A DNA stretch of 45,512 nt, the filler included, from Jimgerdemannia flammicorona (lineage: Eukaryota): NCBI GenBank assembly GCA_003990765.1. It is 2 parts of 2 records of this genome, joined end to end, with 100 filler letters (N's around TTAATTAATTAA, not from the genome) between each part and the next. Parts side by side here need not be neighbours in the genome. Positions count along the whole stretch, not along the records: positions 22,807 to 45,512 come from RBNJ01001223.1; 1 more part is not named here. One strand, written 5' to 3'. Below are positions 44,948-45,512 of this stretch, piece by piece; positions within the stretch are counted from its first letter, which is position 1; every line of letters starts with the position of its first letter. The position numbers and the translations under genes were made by a program. A model generated the notes under the pieces. The model saw nothing but the letters and a program-made list of their open reading frames with translations, was not told the DNA's origin and ran no database searches.

Positions 44948-45512
44948 ATGTGGTTTTACGGACGCAGGCTTTTGAATGCGGGAGGACGTGATCGATTTGG
45001 CTAACCTGCTTTTTTTGTTTGCTCTTTACAAATTTGGCAATCATGTACGAAGCACGCATCTGTGTTTTATTATATTCAATACCATGGTCATACCCGTATC
45101 TTTGTAACACCCTCACGTCGGGGCCGGCGTGATGTAAGTGTAACCTTACCTCCTCGTAGTGACTCCTTGGTAACGCGGTCGCGGTCAATGGGTTGCGTGT
45201 CGTGTTGGAAGTTCCTATTTTGCAATTGCAAATACAACAAAGCTGACCCAATTCGCGAAGCGTGTGTCGTGTAAAGAAAGCCGGAAAACGCGTTTTGCAG
45301 GCTACTTGATTAACCATGACTAAAATAAATGAAGGTAACAAAATACCCTCTTGAGGGGAGGTGGCTAATTTTGTCCAACCGCATTAAGTTTTTGGGGCGA
45401 AATAGCATCGATCGATGGTGGCCAAACCTTGTTGAAGAATTGGGAACAATAGACGCGTTACATAGATGTTTTCGACATGTTCCGACGGGCACGACTCACG
45501 AATGGGGGGGGG

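Noticed and set aside
44980..45512. ORFs 44580-45341 (-), 45062-45274 and 45310-45492
   Set aside because: No recognisable homology; partly antisense to copy 8; probably non-coding flank.

Overview
Eukaryotic, most likely fungal, DNA in two blocks joined by an artificial 100-bp contig spacer (44 N + TTAATTAATTAA + 44 N, 22707-22806), so their physical adjacency is unproven. The left block (1-22.5 kb) is a nested, C>T/G>A-hypermutated, CpG-depleted transposon graveyard. It holds a full-length Ty3/Gypsy element B (+, 3380-22495) whose 5' LTR is split by a second full-length element A (-, 3427-11385). It also holds remnants of further Gypsy elements and three 5'-truncated LINE-like insertions with 15-16 bp target-site duplications. 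A and B both carry a dUTPase and a CPH-x-CYQC module between protease and RT, and A, B and remnant C share a homologous extra ORF near the 3' end. The right block holds a 4-exon KRE2/MNT1-family (GT15) alpha-1,2-mannosyltransferase (-, 23798-25881). Divergent from it is an ~18.5-kb head-to-tail array of 8 intronless paralogues (6 intact, 2 frameshifted). Each encodes four ~70-aa OST-HTH/LOTUS-like winged-helix repeats, a Ser/Pro-rich linker and a C-terminal coiled coil. This mosaic array is the best candidate for an undescribed system. All domain calls are by eye; no searches were run.
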